A DNA stretch of 64,000 bases from Amoebidium appalachense (Eukaryota > Protista > Ichthyosporea). A program made the position numbers and the translations under genes. Below the pieces are notes generated by a model. It saw nothing but the letters and a program-made list of their open reading frames with translations, was not told the origin of the DNA and did no database searches. Positions 1 to 22,589 of this stretch are shown here, piece by piece (the first letter of the stretch is position 1; every line of letters begins with the position of its first letter). The stretch is from contig CAVNZM010000017.1 of the NCBI GenBank assembly GCA_963693365.1, positions 2,285,527 through 2,349,526 of the forward strand, in the 5' to 3' direction.

Positions 1-32
<32 letters not shown>

Positions 33-53
33 CGGGCTGTATAAGGCACATAC

Positions 54-6368
<6,315 letters not shown>

Positions 6369-6414
6369 CTGTGAAAAGATCAATGATTTATAAGAGAGGA
6401 TAGGTTAACTAAAT

Positions 6415-6640
6415 AAAAAACGATTGGAAAAAGGGTTATAAAATAGCATTCTATGATGTAAGAATATATTATATTAATAAATTATATTAATGAAGAAGAA
6501 ACGATTGGAAGGGGGCTAATAATACCATATACTATATGGCAACAATATACTATGAAAAGTTAAGACTATTGAACGGAAGAGCGGTAATATAATAGAAATT
6601 AGACGATCGGAATGAGGGCATTACTTTAGAATGAATATAT
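6415..6640. repeat. AT-rich degenerate tandem repeat
   Basis: aaacgattggaa..ggg.t.(t)aa(a)ta at 6418 and 6499; weaker copies near 6571 and 6602. Confidence 0.5.
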
Positions 6641-7060
6641 GTTATTATGAAGGAAAAGAGTATTAGGCTGAGATATGGGGAGAGGATGGGGGGTTGGGGG
6701 TTTTTTTTTTTTTTTGTGGGGGGGGGGGGGGGGGGGGGGGGGAGGGGGGGAGGGGGGAAGGAGGCAAGCAGACTCCTCTGCAAAGAGATGAGGATAGGAT
6801 AGAAAACGGAGGTGGCATGGCCTCCGGACGCCCCCCCTCGCCGGGGCACGGGGGGGGGGGGGGGGGGGGGGGGGGGAGGGGGGGGGGTCAGTAGGGCTCA
6901 GTGTGTGTCCTAGTGCATGATTGCTGAAATTTCTTTCTTTGTCTTCCCTCTTTATAGCATTCTTATCAATAAAAGCATGTTCATTATATCTTGACCCTGG
7001 AGGGGAGGAGGTGTGTGTGTCTGTTATGTAGGGGGCGGGGGGGAGGGGAGAGGGGGGGGG

Positions 7061-7720
7061 TTTTGAATGCGTCAAAAAGTACGAAGTACACAAGAACAAA
7101 CGGATAACACGATGCAGAATGCAAGCCATACATAAAGAGTATGCATAATAAGCAGAGCCCATCCTCAGGGGGGGCCCACGTCATCCACAGTACCCGAGTT
7201 TCGACCTATTCCCCTCGTTAACGAAACCCAACTCAGATACTGTTTCACTTGAACATGAGTAGGTCACCCGTCTTGATCAGAGACGAGCAGGGTTGCTTAT
7301 GCAGGCAAGGGCAGTGGGAAAGGCCGGGGGTTAAAGTTGCAGCAGTAAGCAGAAGCAAGAAAAATATAGATAGGAACTCAGGAGACGGGGCTTCTAGGAA
7401 GCTCCCCCGTCGATACCTAAGTCGATACTTCCCTGGCTAACATACTACACCAGCTGAAAAGAATTAAGTCCCGAAGGCCACAGAATTCGTAATCAGAGGG
7501 GAAAATATGAGATTTGACCCACGCCGCAGGGTAGTAACACGCTTACTAGGGCGGAACTTTATCGTCTTCGAACGGAAAGCTATGCCCCCGGATGTCAGCC
7601 GGAAATATGGTATCACCCATTGCTTTGGGCTTGAAAAAAGCCAAACCGATAGTCCGAGTTATGCTACGCCGGCGGGTAACATGCCGCATGGGTTCCAAGG
7701 GAGCTGTCGCCAACAGAGCG
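7061..7720 (-). mobile_element. Longest family A copy (~660 bp), may include the C-terminal end of an ORF
   Basis: Near-identical to 547-1095 and extends ~110 bp further. Minus frame ALLATAPLEPMRHVTRRRSITRTIGLAFFKPKAMGDTIFPADIRGHSFPFEDDKVPP* ends near 7546, then ~490 nt of putative 3' UTR. Confidence 0.85.
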
Positions 7721-7862
7721 GTGTGTGCATGCGTGCGCGTAACGCAATGTGTGAAGTGTGTCTATAGCTATGAAAGGGGGTATGCAGAAGTGGACAGATG
7801 AAGTGTGTGGAGAGAAAAACAGTAAGAAGAAAAGTAGACACCGGTATGTGCAACCCCGCACA

Positions 7863-7897
<35 letters not shown>

Positions 7898-7994
7898 AAT
7901 AAGCGAAGATTACAGGTAATCAACCAGAACAACAAATGACAAGCAAAACAACAGGCGCCAAAAAAAAAAAAAAAAAAAAAAAAAAAAGGAGGAA

Positions 7995-8058
<64 letters not shown>

Positions 8059-8427
8059 GGGGGGGGGGGGGAGCAACGGGCGCGTGTGGGTGCATGCGTG
8101 TGTGTGTGCGCGCGCGTGTGTGCGCACGCGTGTGTGTATGTGTGCGGAGGGGAGTGGCAGTTGGAGGAAGGAGGGGGGGGGGGGGGGGGGAGGATGTATA
8201 CATGCGAGGGTGAAGACGAGAAAGAGTATAGGGGAAAAAACAAAAAGAGAAAGGAAAAAGAAACCTTGTTGAAGCAAGCAGACAAAGAACAATACAAGAA
8301 CGAGAGCAGGGGGGATATCCAAGCAATAAAGGGTGGTGGAACGGGAAGTGAAAGGGGGGGGGGGGGGGGGGGAGGTAATGGGGGAAAGCGCGGGGGGAGG
8401 AGGGGGTTGGGGGGGGGGGGGGGGGAG

Positions 8428-8515
8428 GAATGAGTCACAGAGCACGAAGACACACTCACGACGGACAACATCAGGCAGATTTTGCAAAGCACACACAGAG
8501 AATCTGCATTAAGAG
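8428..8515 (-). mobile_element. Old 3' fragment of the poly(C)-associated element
   Basis: gaatgagtcacagagcacgaagacacactcacgacggacaac aligns with 4699-4745; lies between G tracts. Confidence 0.6.
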
Positions 8516-8523
8516 GAGAGGGT

Positions 8524-8570
<47 letters not shown>

Positions 8571-8830
8571 GGGGAGGGAGGGGGGTGAGTGGGGGGGAGG
8601 GAGGGGGCATATACACAAAGGGCATATACACACACACCTGCATGTGTGTTGCTATGTTGGGTGATGTCGACATTCTCGCTCTTTGGTGCCAACCGACACA
8701 TGCTCTGTGCACGTAGTGAGCACGTGGTTTTATTATCCAATGGCCAAAGGGCACGGCACCAAAAAAAACGACCACATGGACGGGGGGCAAAAAAAAGAAG
8801 GAAAAAAAAACAAAAAAAAAACATGGGTGG

Positions 8831-8864
<34 letters not shown>

Positions 8865-9192
8865 GAAAAGAAAAAGAAGAAGAGAAAAATGCATTTCTAT
8901 TTTGTATCAATGCTTTTATGATTGTCTAAGACGTCATCTGCTTTGTGTCCACGGGTTATTCCTCGCTCGCTGCGAGTATATTCTTTAGATATATGACATA
9001 TCTCGTTTGTTCACATTTCAAGAGTGACCGATAAGATCATCATAAGAAAAAACACATTCAAAATATTCGTTATGCTACACACCTCCCCCCCCCCCCCCCT
9101 CCTCCTCCCACCCCCTCCGCCACCCACCCTTTAACTATATCTACCCACATCACTGTACGGTGCATGGTCACTCTCACACGCGAACCAGAGTG

Positions 9193-9223
<31 letters not shown>

Positions 9224-9493
9224 GGCGGCCCCCGGGGCCCATGGGGACTTTCCTTGCGCCCATCCCATGATAACAAAAGAGTACCATATGAAAAAGGGAA
9301 AAGAAAGGAGAAATAATAATACATGCCCTCCTCCCCAACCTCTCTCCCTCCCAAGTGCAGGGTTACATACCCGCCCGCAGGCCCGAACGTCCGCACGCCT
9401 GCTCCCCCCCCCCCCCCCTCCCCCCCCTCCCCCCCCCCCCCGCCCCCGCCCCCACCCCCTACCCCGCCCCGCCCCATCCCGTCGCAAAGGAGA

Positions 9494-9630
9494 TATATTC
9501 AACTGTAAAAGAGCATAAGAAGAATAGGATAAATGTACTGAACAATAAAAGAATAACACAAATATTCTCAACGATAAAAGAACATAGAAGTGTAAGAGAA
9601 CTAAATTCAACGACAAAAGAACAACAATAT
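9494..9630. repeat. Degenerate short tandem repeat
   Basis: tcaac(t/g)ataaaagaaca-like motif, 4 copies at roughly 30-40 bp spacing. Confidence 0.5.
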
Positions 9631-11865
9631 GAGATTCCAGGTTTTTCCCCCTCGCAAAAAGGGATTGATGGGTAACAAACCTGTGTGTTGTGATGTTTGA
9701 AATGGATAATTCCCGTAGAGCCTCAGAAACGGTTCTGCCTCCTAATCCTGCAAAAAAAAAAAAAAAAAGTTAGAACTTCAGCTGATTTATCACGGGAGAA
9801 AAATAAAAATAAACATAATGAAAACACTTACTCTCTGAGCCAAACAATCTATATTTTCTACCTAACCTGTGCTCTCCGCTCCCTCTTTATAACCTCCCTT
9901 ACAAGTGCATATGGTCAGACCCCAACAAAGCATAGCACTGTGACTGCACCGTATGGTCGTTTGCTTTCCACAGAACCTCTTATGCCTTCACAAATAGAAA
10001 ATGCCTTTCAACCGTACACGTACACACAACACCGTAATATAATAAACTAACAAAATGTATTTCTCTTGAATACACGACATATATTCCTCTTTGATTTTCA
10101 CTAACTCTGGCGAGTTTCCATCACTACTATAAAAGTGTTTGCATAATCTGAATAGATTGAAGAAGTGGAGAGCAAACAAAACAAGAAGGTCCTCGGGGGG
10201 CGGGGGCGTGAGGGGGCGGGGGCGTGAGGAGGGGGGGGGGGGGGGGGGGGAGGGGAGATACAGGGGAAGAGCGGGGGGGGGGGGGGGGGGAGGGGGGGAT
10301 GGGGGGGAGGGGAAGGAGGGCAGGGCGGGGGAAGGAGGGGGAGGGTGCGTGGGGGGAGGGGTGGGTGGGTTTGTATTTCGGTTATCTATGTGAGTTATAT
10401 CTCTTTACGATGCGTTTTATATTGTTGTGTGTGGGAGTACTAATATTAATGGCCTGGTGGAGGCACCGCTTAAGATCTCGGCAGGTGGAATATAAACAGC
10501 ACACCATTATTTCGAGAACATAACAATGAAGTCACGACTGTGGTAAAATGTAATAGACACACACACACACACACCAAAAAAAAGGAAGAGTGGGGGGGGA
10601 GGGGAGGGGGGGGGGGGGGAGCGGGTTTCGACACATTCACACACACACCAAAAAAAAAAGGAAAAAAAAAAAAAACTGCCTCTGTTTTGTTGTGAGCAGC
10701 AGCTGACAAGAAGTTCGCAGGAAGCAGATGTGCCGTGTGCCATGAATGGGAAGGAAGAGGAAGGACTCAGGAAGCCCCGGGGGGAGGGAATGGGAGGACG
10801 GGGAAGTGGGGGGGGGGGGGGGGGGGGGGGGGGGGGTGGGGGAGGAGGGGGGGGGGGGGGGGGGAGAAGAGGGCAAAGGGGAAGGGGGGGGGCAGGATGG
10901 GTGGGGAGGGGTGGGGTGGGGGGGGGGGGGGGGGGGGGGGAAGACACCTACTTTTCAGGTAATGAGAAAAGGCAGCACCAGCACGCATTTTCTCGTCTTT
11001 TGTGCTGGTTCACACTCCGCCCCCATGCCAAACCAATGGATGTCAAAAAAGGGGGGGAAGGCTTGCAGAGAGTTTTACGCAAAAAAAATACCCAAAAAAA
11101 TGTTCACTTCGAGATTTATCGTGCTCTTAAATTCATATTTTAGAGCTGTAAAATCATGACATCGTGCTACATTTGCACATATGCACGTGATGATTTCGAT
11201 GGCTGACAGCCTGTCCAGGCTCAAACTCCTCCCAAACAACTTAGCAGGAGATCCCCTTAGCTCGAAAGTAAAGTTACCAAAACGATGTGCTGCATCACTG
11301 TCCGTTTTTTAAAGATACCTTTTTTTTTTTAACGGCAAATTTTGTTCTCTAGAAGAAAGGGCTTGCATGCCACGTTTCATCGATGTCCCGTTAAGATCTG
11401 TGTCACGTTGACAGCCCTCCGTTTGTCCCCAAATATATGATGCGTGACATGGACATGAACAAAAAAAAGACTATTCCTTTTCCTCCTTTATTGTGGACTG
11501 TATAGAAAAACTTGTAAAAGCTAGACAATACTAAGCTACTCTTCATTATAATGCACAACTCAGGTTGGCGCCCTATCTATACTCAGCAAGAGAAAGGACT
11601 CAGGAGCACGCTGCTTTTGCGTTTTGCATGTGTAGAATGTTTGCGCCAACACAATGGAATCCGCCAGCCGTCTCTCTGTGTGTGCTTTAGTCTACAAATT
11701 AGTACTCTAACATTGACTAACTGGAATCTTACGCCCTGCGGCCATGGCCATGTGACGCAATGTGTTTGCGTCAGCACAGACTACTGAGGCTTTCGCGGCC
11801 CGGCACCGCTCAGCCGGCAGCGGACGGGGATTGGTACGTACGTATGGCCGGCCGGGAGAAACAGG

Positions 11866-11897
11866 GTCAAAGTGTGTTCAGAGGGCCGTGGTCAAAG
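11866..11897 (+). mobile_element. One-armed (truncated) palindromic micro-element with 7-bp TSD
   Basis: gtcaaag [tgtgttcagagggccgtg] gtcaaag; the insert matches the right arm of the 19337-19365 element. Confidence 0.7.
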
Positions 11898-12382
11898 CTC
11901 GTGTGCCATGTCACGGTGTGTGTGTGCGTGCGTGTGTGTCAGTTTCCAGAGAGAGAGAGAGTGGGAGAGAGAGAGTTTGTGTATGTGTGGGTGGGCGTCT
12001 TGTGTGTGTGTGTGTGTGTGTGGTGCACGCATCTTGCGTCACTGATTATCATTTGTTCGGAGTGCACAACTTACAGTTAGCTACTACCCATGTAGGTATG
12101 CATACTATTTGGTGTGGCTGAGTAGCCAACAGTACCACCTATGCTCAGCTGGGCCTTTACGCAAACTAAGTAAGTGGCACACTAAGTATGTAGGACTTTA
12201 TCACATGACCAAGCGACTGAGTATGTTTCTGTATATAAGGACACACTATCAGTGTGGGGGAATCTGTATATACGCACCAATCCATACGTCTATGCCCCTA
12301 CACCAATTTTTACAGCATTTTGTTGTCGCAAAAAAGAAGCCTCACTCAAAAAAGGGACAAAAAAATAAAGTACCTTCATGTC

Positions 12383-14012
12383 CTACCTCTCTCGTTTCTC
12401 CTTCCTATGGACTACTGCAACATGCTCATCCCTTGAATTCCTCGCTACGTATGCACGATCACAATTCTCATAAGGGCACTTGAACGGTCTTTCACCAGTG
12501 TGCACGAGACAAACATGCGACCTTAACCCTGTACTTGAATTAAACTCAGCACCACAACCAACAAACATACACCTATGCTTAGGCTTAGGCGTTGTGTCAT
12601 GTGTTGATCGATGATACCGGCAGCCCCTGAAAGTGGCATACGCCCTTCCACAACCCGGGTAATCACATTGAAAGGGAGGATCACGCCCATGTTCCTTGCA
12701 CTCATGGGTGGTTAGACTACACGTAGACCGGAAAGTTTCCTCACATCCATTATACGAGCACGTAAACACCTGTGCCATTCCCCAATGTTGTGTTCTCATG
12801 TGTCTTAGCCAGTGTGGGTGCTGTATGAACGTTTTCCCACAATCCGCAACATTGCACACATACGGTTTGTCTCCCGAGTGTTGTCGAAGATGAATGGTGA
12901 GGGTGTTCTTGTGTCTAAACGTTGCCTCACATCCTTCAACCGTACATTTGAAAGGCTTCTCTCCTGTATGGCCATGCACATGTCCCTCAAGCTCGTCTTT
13001 CCTTATAAATTTCTTCGCGCATCCCTCAAAGTTGCACACGTAATTTTTCTCGCCTGTGTGTGTTTGTAGATGTTCTTTTCTGACGGGTTTTAAAAATCTC
13101 AATCCACACCCATCGTATGGGCACACATACTGCTTTGCACCTGCACCCTCATGCGTAGCTTGATGGTCAGCAAGGAGAGTGGGATGACGAAACCTCTTGG
13201 TACACCCATCCCAATCGCACACGTAGGGTCTAAATTCCGCATATCCTGCATGGATTTTGCGGTGACTTCTCAGGTTGGAAGGTTGACGGAAACGACGGCC
13301 GCACTCCTCAAAGTCGCAAACGTAAGGCGCCTCGTCCGTGTGTGTGCGCCCATGCATAACAATGCTTCCTGCACCCTTGGTGGTATAGCAACACCCGTCC
13401 CAGTTGCAAACATATGATTTCCGAACGGTTCCGTGGATTTCATTGTGGAAGTGTGTTTTCGTACGTGTGAGTGGACATCTCTCAGCACGGAAAAACGCTT
13501 GTCGCAACCCTTGAAAGGGCAACCGAAATCCCCAACAAACGGCCGTTTGTAATCCGGAAGTTGTTATCGTCATCCAAACCGTTTTCGCCCGTATTCGTAT
13601 ATGATGTTTCGCTTACATCAGGTTTCTCGACCTGGCTTAGTCTCGGCCGAAGGGTCCTCCTCTTTCGCATGTCCGTGGGTGGCTGACCAGCTGGAAATTA
13701 ACGTTTTTGTAAGACAACTCCCCTTTCCCCTTTGCCCCTTCTTCCCTCTCTCCCTTCCTGGCTTCTACTTCCCCCCTACCTCCCTTCCTTCCTACCTTTT
13801 ACTCCCTCTTTCCCTACCTCCCTCCCTCCCGGTCCCTCCCTCCCTTCTACTCCCTCCCTCCCTCCCTTCCTTCTTACCTTCCAATCCCTCCCTCCCTTCC
13901 TCCGTCCCTCCCCTTCCTCCCTCAATCTCTTTCTCCCTCCCTCCCTCCCTCCCTCCCCCATATTTCCCACGCAGTTTCCCTCCCCCCTACCCCCACCCCT
14001 TCCTCTCTCGCT

Positions 14013-14059
<47 letters not shown>

Positions 14060-14468
14060 AAAAAAAAAAAAAACGTTTCCTTTAAAATAAATCCTTATTG
14101 CTTCATCCCGTCCACAACCCACTCCAACTCTTACCTTTTCCAGCCCCGTGCACTCGCTTACGCCCTCGCGCATTGTGTTCGCTTTGTTGCTTCACATTTT
14201 CCGCACTCTCTTCCTCACAATGCCCACAAAGTACATCGTCCCTTCCATCTTCCTGCACCAAAACAGCTTCTGTTTTGACCGCACTAGGATACCGCCTAAA
14301 CTGTGGTATCACCACACGAATAGAACCCCGTAGCACACTGCGGTTTTCTGATCTAATTTCTGAATCATCGTAAACGTACGCGTTGTCCACGGGTGATAGG
14401 GAGTAGGTGGTTGTTGTATGCCTTTCAAACCGTGGTTCTGCTTTGATATCGATACCCTCGCACTCCAT
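12383..14468 (-). pseudogene. C2H2 zinc-finger gene (12 fingers) with two apparent frameshifts
   Basis: Exon 1 14468-14135 (MECEGIDIKAEP...GSIRVVIPQFR) splices in phase to 13690 (AGQPPTDMRKRR..DDDNN). Finger 1 (FGCPFKGC...HVRKH) lies in a second frame; fingers 2-12 (TGEKP-type linkers) lie in a third frame ending at 12383. Could be assembly indels. Confidence 0.8.
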
Positions 14469-15820
14469 CTCAGCGAATCGCCGCTTACATGCATGTCACG
14501 GTGGGTGCACTCCTGTGTATATGTGTGTATGTGCGCGTGCGTGTGTGTGTTTGTATACGCGTGTGTACCTGTGTCAGCTGTGGGAAGACCAATGCACCCC
14601 TCTCCGTGCAGGTCTATCTGTTCTCCTGCAGCCAATCAGAATGCCGTACTAGGAAACCCCGTGAACACCTGCCGACGACAACATTGGTCTTAGCCCCGCC
14701 GGGTCCCTCGCATCGGAGTAGACCGGCAAGACATGAGCATCGAGTATTGAGTTAATTCCGAAGATGAGGACTCGGTAGCTGTTGTTTGATATCATGCGGC
14801 GGCACGGGCACAGTACTAGTCACTGGCTCTAGGTACATGTGCAAAAGGCCCGTGAAACTATTACATATGTGTACACATGTGTGTGCACGTGTGTGTACTG
14901 CATTCTTGTTGGAGTACGTAAGTCCGTGTGCTAGAATTGCAAGAGCTTTGAAGCTCACAATTTTTACTTGATTCTGTTTGTTTGCTTACATACATATGGT
15001 CTCTTCTCAATAGTGACTGCATCTCTCTCTCTCCCCGAAGTTCGTGCCTTCTCTCTGTGTGCGTCTCTCTTCCTCGTGCCCCCCGGGCCCGGGCCTCCCC
15101 CCCCTTCCCCCCCCCCCCCCCCCCCCCCCGGCCCTCCCCCCTCTCCCCCCATTCTCCGAGGGCCTCTCTCTCCCCTGTGTGCACGGCCTTTGTAGACTCT
15201 GTAGAGATATCTTTGTATGTACTCCATGGGCCCCCTGGCCTGATCGGAGTACCAACATAATAAAAACTCGAAAACTAATGAAAAAACCTACTTTCACCAG
15301 TGCAGTGACTTAAAAAATATGATCGAACAGCCGCTAATTAATGAGTATTTCAACACATACTTATATAAAAGATAATTATTTATATATTTATTTTACCTCT
15401 TGAAAAGTGATCATCTAGCCCCGAAACTTTTGTACAATATTATACGCACCGAACGTTACCTGATTGATAGAATGTTACAATACCCATTGATCGGATTTGC
15501 CTATTTGGGTCCATCCTGCATTGAATCGATCTATCAATTTCGAAGCCTGGCAGCGGAGCACGATGAGTCATGGGGCATCGCGGTACGCGAACACGCACCG
15601 CCACACGTACGCACGTGGCGCGTGGCTTGTTTGTATCGTAAATTAATCTTTTCAATCATAGTAATTGTATAGGTTTATATCTTAGTTTCTGATAATATAT
15701 ATGTAGTTCACTTATAATTTAAAAAGTTTAAAGTTAAGAAGTAAACGATTGAAAGAGATAATCCATGTAAAAAACAGCATCATGGGCAGTGAGCAAATTC
15801 CTAAAAACCGAGCTAAGTAT

Positions 15821-15867
15821 GACGTTGCCACGGCCATCTAGAAACACCAGATGGCCGTGGACGTTGC
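15821..15867. mobile_element. 31-bp palindromic micro-element with 8-bp TSD
   Basis: gacgttgc [cacggccatctagaaacaccagatggccgtg] gacgttgc. Confidence 0.8.
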
Positions 15868-16053
15868 GTATTAACAGGCTGATTTACCCATTTTTGCCCT
15901 CCTCCGGGCAAAAATGCGGATACATCGGTATACTTAGTTATAAAGTTATAAACTTTTTGTTATAATACCGATACCGGGGTTAGGAGGCCCAGGCTAGTTT
16001 GGTATTTGCGATGAGTGAGAGTGTGCCTATGTGTAGAGGTGTGCCGGGCGGGA

Positions 16054-16085
<32 letters not shown>

Positions 16086-16088
<3 letters not shown>

Positions 16089-16107
16089 GGCCCTCTGAAA
16101 GGGGCCG
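16086..16107. mobile_element. Partial palindromic micro-element inside a G tract
   Basis: cacggccctctgaaa is the exact reverse complement of the tttcagagggccgtg arm at 19351-19365. Confidence 0.55.
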
Positions 16108-16301
16108 GGGGGGGGGGGAAGAGGGGCACCAAAGGTAAATTTGCAGAGGTGTTCGTTCAAAGGCAAAAAAAAAAAAAAAGAAGAAGAAACGTCTGTGAAG
16201 TTCTTACCCGAGTGAAAACACTGTCAATATTTTGTATTACCGTAAAAGCGCTGTACAAGTGTGAGAATGTTGAAAGTGCTACAATTTACACCCAAGTCAA
16301 A

Positions 16302-16440
16302 CTGTGTATACCGTCTATGAATGCATCTTGCTGAATGATGTGACTACGTTTACAGATGTGTACCACACCTAAGTCTATCTGTGTATACCGTCTATGAATG
16401 CATCTTGCTGAAGGATGTGACTACGTTTACAGATATGTAC
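16302..16440. repeat. Direct duplication, ~62-bp core, period 77
   Basis: ctgtgtataccgtctatgaatgcatcttgctgaa(t/g)gatgtgactacgtttacagat(g/a)tgtac occurs twice. Confidence 0.9.
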
Positions 16441-16520
16441 AGTATTACGTGACCTGATCAGGTCTTTGTGCATAGCATAGAAGCTAAAAGAACGAGCCGA
16501 CAAGTGGCTACAGAACGGCA

Positions 16521-19207
<2,687 letters not shown>

Positions 19208-19329
19208 TCTCCTCTGAACAGCACTATGATTATGTTGTGAACCGCTAGTGCGAAGATTGTTAACATTCCTGAGGAAAAAACCATGTCCTCAAGGATTGTG
19301 GGGAAACGAGGTTTAGTTGCAATTGTACA

Positions 19330-19372
19330 GTTACACCACGGCCCTCTGTTTTTCAGAGGGCCGTGGTTACAC
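19330..19372. mobile_element. 29-bp palindromic micro-element with 7-bp TSD
   Basis: gttacac [cacggccctctgtttttcagagggccgtg] gttacac; perfect 12-bp arms. Confidence 0.85.
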
Positions 19373-19854
19373 ACTGACCGCAGTGGCTGCAGTATGCGGT
19401 TGGCATGTGACTGAGGAATTTCAGCTTTCCTATCTTGGTTATTTTGGCTTGGTATGTGAATAATGATTGGTGTTCATTTTTCGCGGGCCATTTGAATTCA
19501 CGCTTTCCGCAGTGTGCCGGCCGTTGTCTGCACACAGCACTGCAACAAACCACAGATAACTGGCTTTAAAACAGTGAGGCATCCATGTTCTGTATTTCGA
19601 ATCTCAATCTTATATGTAAGCTGCCTCGTGTTTTATTGTCCGTATAACGCAGATAAATAGAAAAAGCGAGCGTAGGCTGAATTTGGCTACCTAGTCAGGT
19701 CCACTTATCAAACTTGACAGCGATTGAAGTAAGGGCAGAGCTCTTACGCTAGGAAAATAGGTGGGCAGGGGTGTCTGAATATTACTGCTACGCTAACGCT
19801 ACCAGCAAAAATCCATCATATACTGACTTCAGCAAAAATCATCTTAAAGGAAAA

Positions 19855-22558
19855 ATGGACGATTTAGACTTGAGCGCTCGTTTCGATATCAATGCCGACA
19901 AGTTTGAGTTCAGCGCACTAGACAGCCTTCACCTCACCCCATGTCTGCGCACACGCCCTCTTGATCCAACACCACAGAAAAAACCAATCTTTGAGAACAA
20001 TGACGAGGAACTTTCTTCCCTTACCGACCTTCCAGCATCCACACCAAGAAGACCAAACCCAAGACCGCCATTGAAACGGATTCTGCACCAAGGAAACAAG
20101 GTAAGGGCAAGAAGGGTATCATCTTGCATTTTGGGAAATACATGTCTCTATGAAATAGACCAGTATATGTCTTGGTTCAAGAATATGGGTAGATGAGAGC
20201 ATCAGCATGCTTGATACCGGTCTTGTGGTTTCGTTGCAGGTAAACAGGTGTGAGCTTGGGGGGATCTATTGCCTATTTGCAAGTTCTAACACCCTGCTGG
20301 AACCAGCACACACAAGGTCCTTCTGTGGCCCCTAAACTCCCAAAAGTCAGGGAAGAACGTCTTAAGCTGCGCCCGAAAAAAGAAAACGCAAAGCAGGTGA
20401 GTCGAATGCTGATGTTTTTTTTTCCTGTCTCTTCTGCGTGCAGCATCACACTACTTGCAGAAATTTTGTTAGAGACATGCAGCTTGAACGTGTTTTCTAT
20501 TTTATTATTTTATTTTATTGTAGGTTCCCGTTGACAGGGGTGACACGGATTTGTCCCAAATTACGCGTGTAGAGTAAGAGGTGTGCTGTAGGAACCGGAA
20601 TGAGAGTAACGAGAGAAACGATGTTGTAAATTATTGCCTAACCTTCTTCCCCTTCCTTTCCTCCCCACCCCGCTTCCCCCTCCTTCCTTCCTTCCCAACT
20701 CATTGCCCATCGCCTTCTTCCCCTCACACCCTCTCCTCTACAGCCCCTGCCCTGTTGCATTCTGTCTTTTTCAAGAAATCTAAACGGGTGATGGGCTCTT
20801 AGACACAGTGAGAGTTAGACTTGTTCCAATCATTTTTGCTTTTGTTCCCGTAAACTGATCCCTCAACTAAAGCCAGTGTCTGAGGCCCAAGAGGCAGCTG
20901 CATCATTCCATCTTCCAAACCAGCACGATACTTCACATGTGAGCTTCCCCCCCGCCTCTGGCCTCTGGCCCTGCGCAAGGCAAATGTTCGTGGAACTTTA
21001 CCACTAATCATGATGTTTCTGTGAGTGTGTGTATGTGTGTGTGTGTACACGTGTGCTCAAGTTGCTGTTAGTCAACTTGTGGTGGTGGGTGAGGGGGGGA
21101 GGGGGAAGAGGGGGGAGGGGGGGGGCGGCGAGGGGGAGAGACAGAGAGAGGGGGCGGTGGGGGAGCTAAGGAAACGGATGGAAGCTCAGATGGTCTGAAA
21201 ATGCAGAACCTCCTCAATCATCTTGTTGCCCCCCCCATCCGCTCCCCGTCCAAAAGACACACACATACCTACACACACACACACACACACACACATACAG
21301 ACACACACACACAAGAAGGCTAACCCATACAACCAACAATACAGCCAATCGTGTTTCCCCCCCCATCCATTCTCCTCCCCCCGCCCCCCCTCCCCCCCCC
21401 CCACACACAAACACTTCGCAAGAACACTGCGACCAACCCCCGCATCATGAAGTAGACCAACCCGTTAACCAACCCCGAACCCTTCAGTCTAAACGTTTTC
21501 TTCTGACCCATATCCCCCCCCACCCCCCTCCCTTCCTCCCCCTCCCCCTCCCCCTCCCCCTCCCCTCCCCCCAAACCCCCCTCCCTCCCCCCTCTCATGG
21601 GCCCACTACCACCTACATCCATTCCACTTACAGGCAAAACAACATACCGAAGATCCACCTCACCCGCCTAGACCAGCAGCACCAACCCTTCCAGAAAATT
21701 CCCCATACATCCAACCAGACACAGACACACATGTAGACGCCACCACGCACCACCCGCCATCACAACCGCATGGGGATAACATTCCAGACGTTGCGACGTC
21801 CAATGAGATTGCGGTAGCGCAAGCAGTGGACCAATCAGAAACGGACGATCGGTGCAGGCGGTTGGAAGAGGAGTTGGCGACGGTGAAGATGATGCTTGCA
21901 GAGGCTATGACTGTAGGGGATAAGCTGGTGGGTGTGTGTGTGGGGGGGGGGGGGGGGGGGGGGGGGGTAAGGGAGGATAAGCTAGTGTGTGTGGTGGGGG
22001 GGGAGGGTGGGGGGGGGGTGCGAGGGTGGTTGGGTGTGTGGGGGGGGGGGGGGAAGGAGGGGGGTGAGGGTGGGTGTGTGTGTGTGTGGGGAGGGGGGGG
22101 GGGTGAGGGGGGAAAGGTGTGGGTGGATTGTGGGTGTGGGTGGGTGGTTGTGTGTGTGTGTGCGTGTGTGTGTGTTGCATGTGCTTTTGTGCGTTGTTGT
22201 GGGTGTGGGCAATCGTTAGCATGTGCATGTGTGTGTGTGTGTGGGTGGGTGGGTGGGAGCACATGTAACTGCGCACATCATACAAAAGGGGGTTGGGAGG
22301 GGGGGGGGAGGGGGGTTGTTTGTATGTGAAAAGAAGAGAAGTGGGTGTATGTGTTTGTGAAGGTCCTTTGCTCACTGGATCATGTCGTGTGCTTTCCCTT
22401 TTATTGTGTCCTCTTTTACGTGCGTGTGTGTCGTGGGAACCGTAGTGTACTTTTCTCCCGCCTGTTTGAAGTGAGCTGCACACAATGCATGATTATCCCT
22501 AAGCCGTCACTCCCCCACTCCCCCATCTCCGCTCTCTGTGTTACTCCCCTGGCAAGCG

Positions 22559-22589
<31 letters not shown>

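Noticed and set aside
10700-10990. Candidate first exons of NADK (MRAGAAFSHYLKS...)
   Set aside because: Plausible transit-peptide exons, but they cannot be linked in phase to exon 6368 with confidence.
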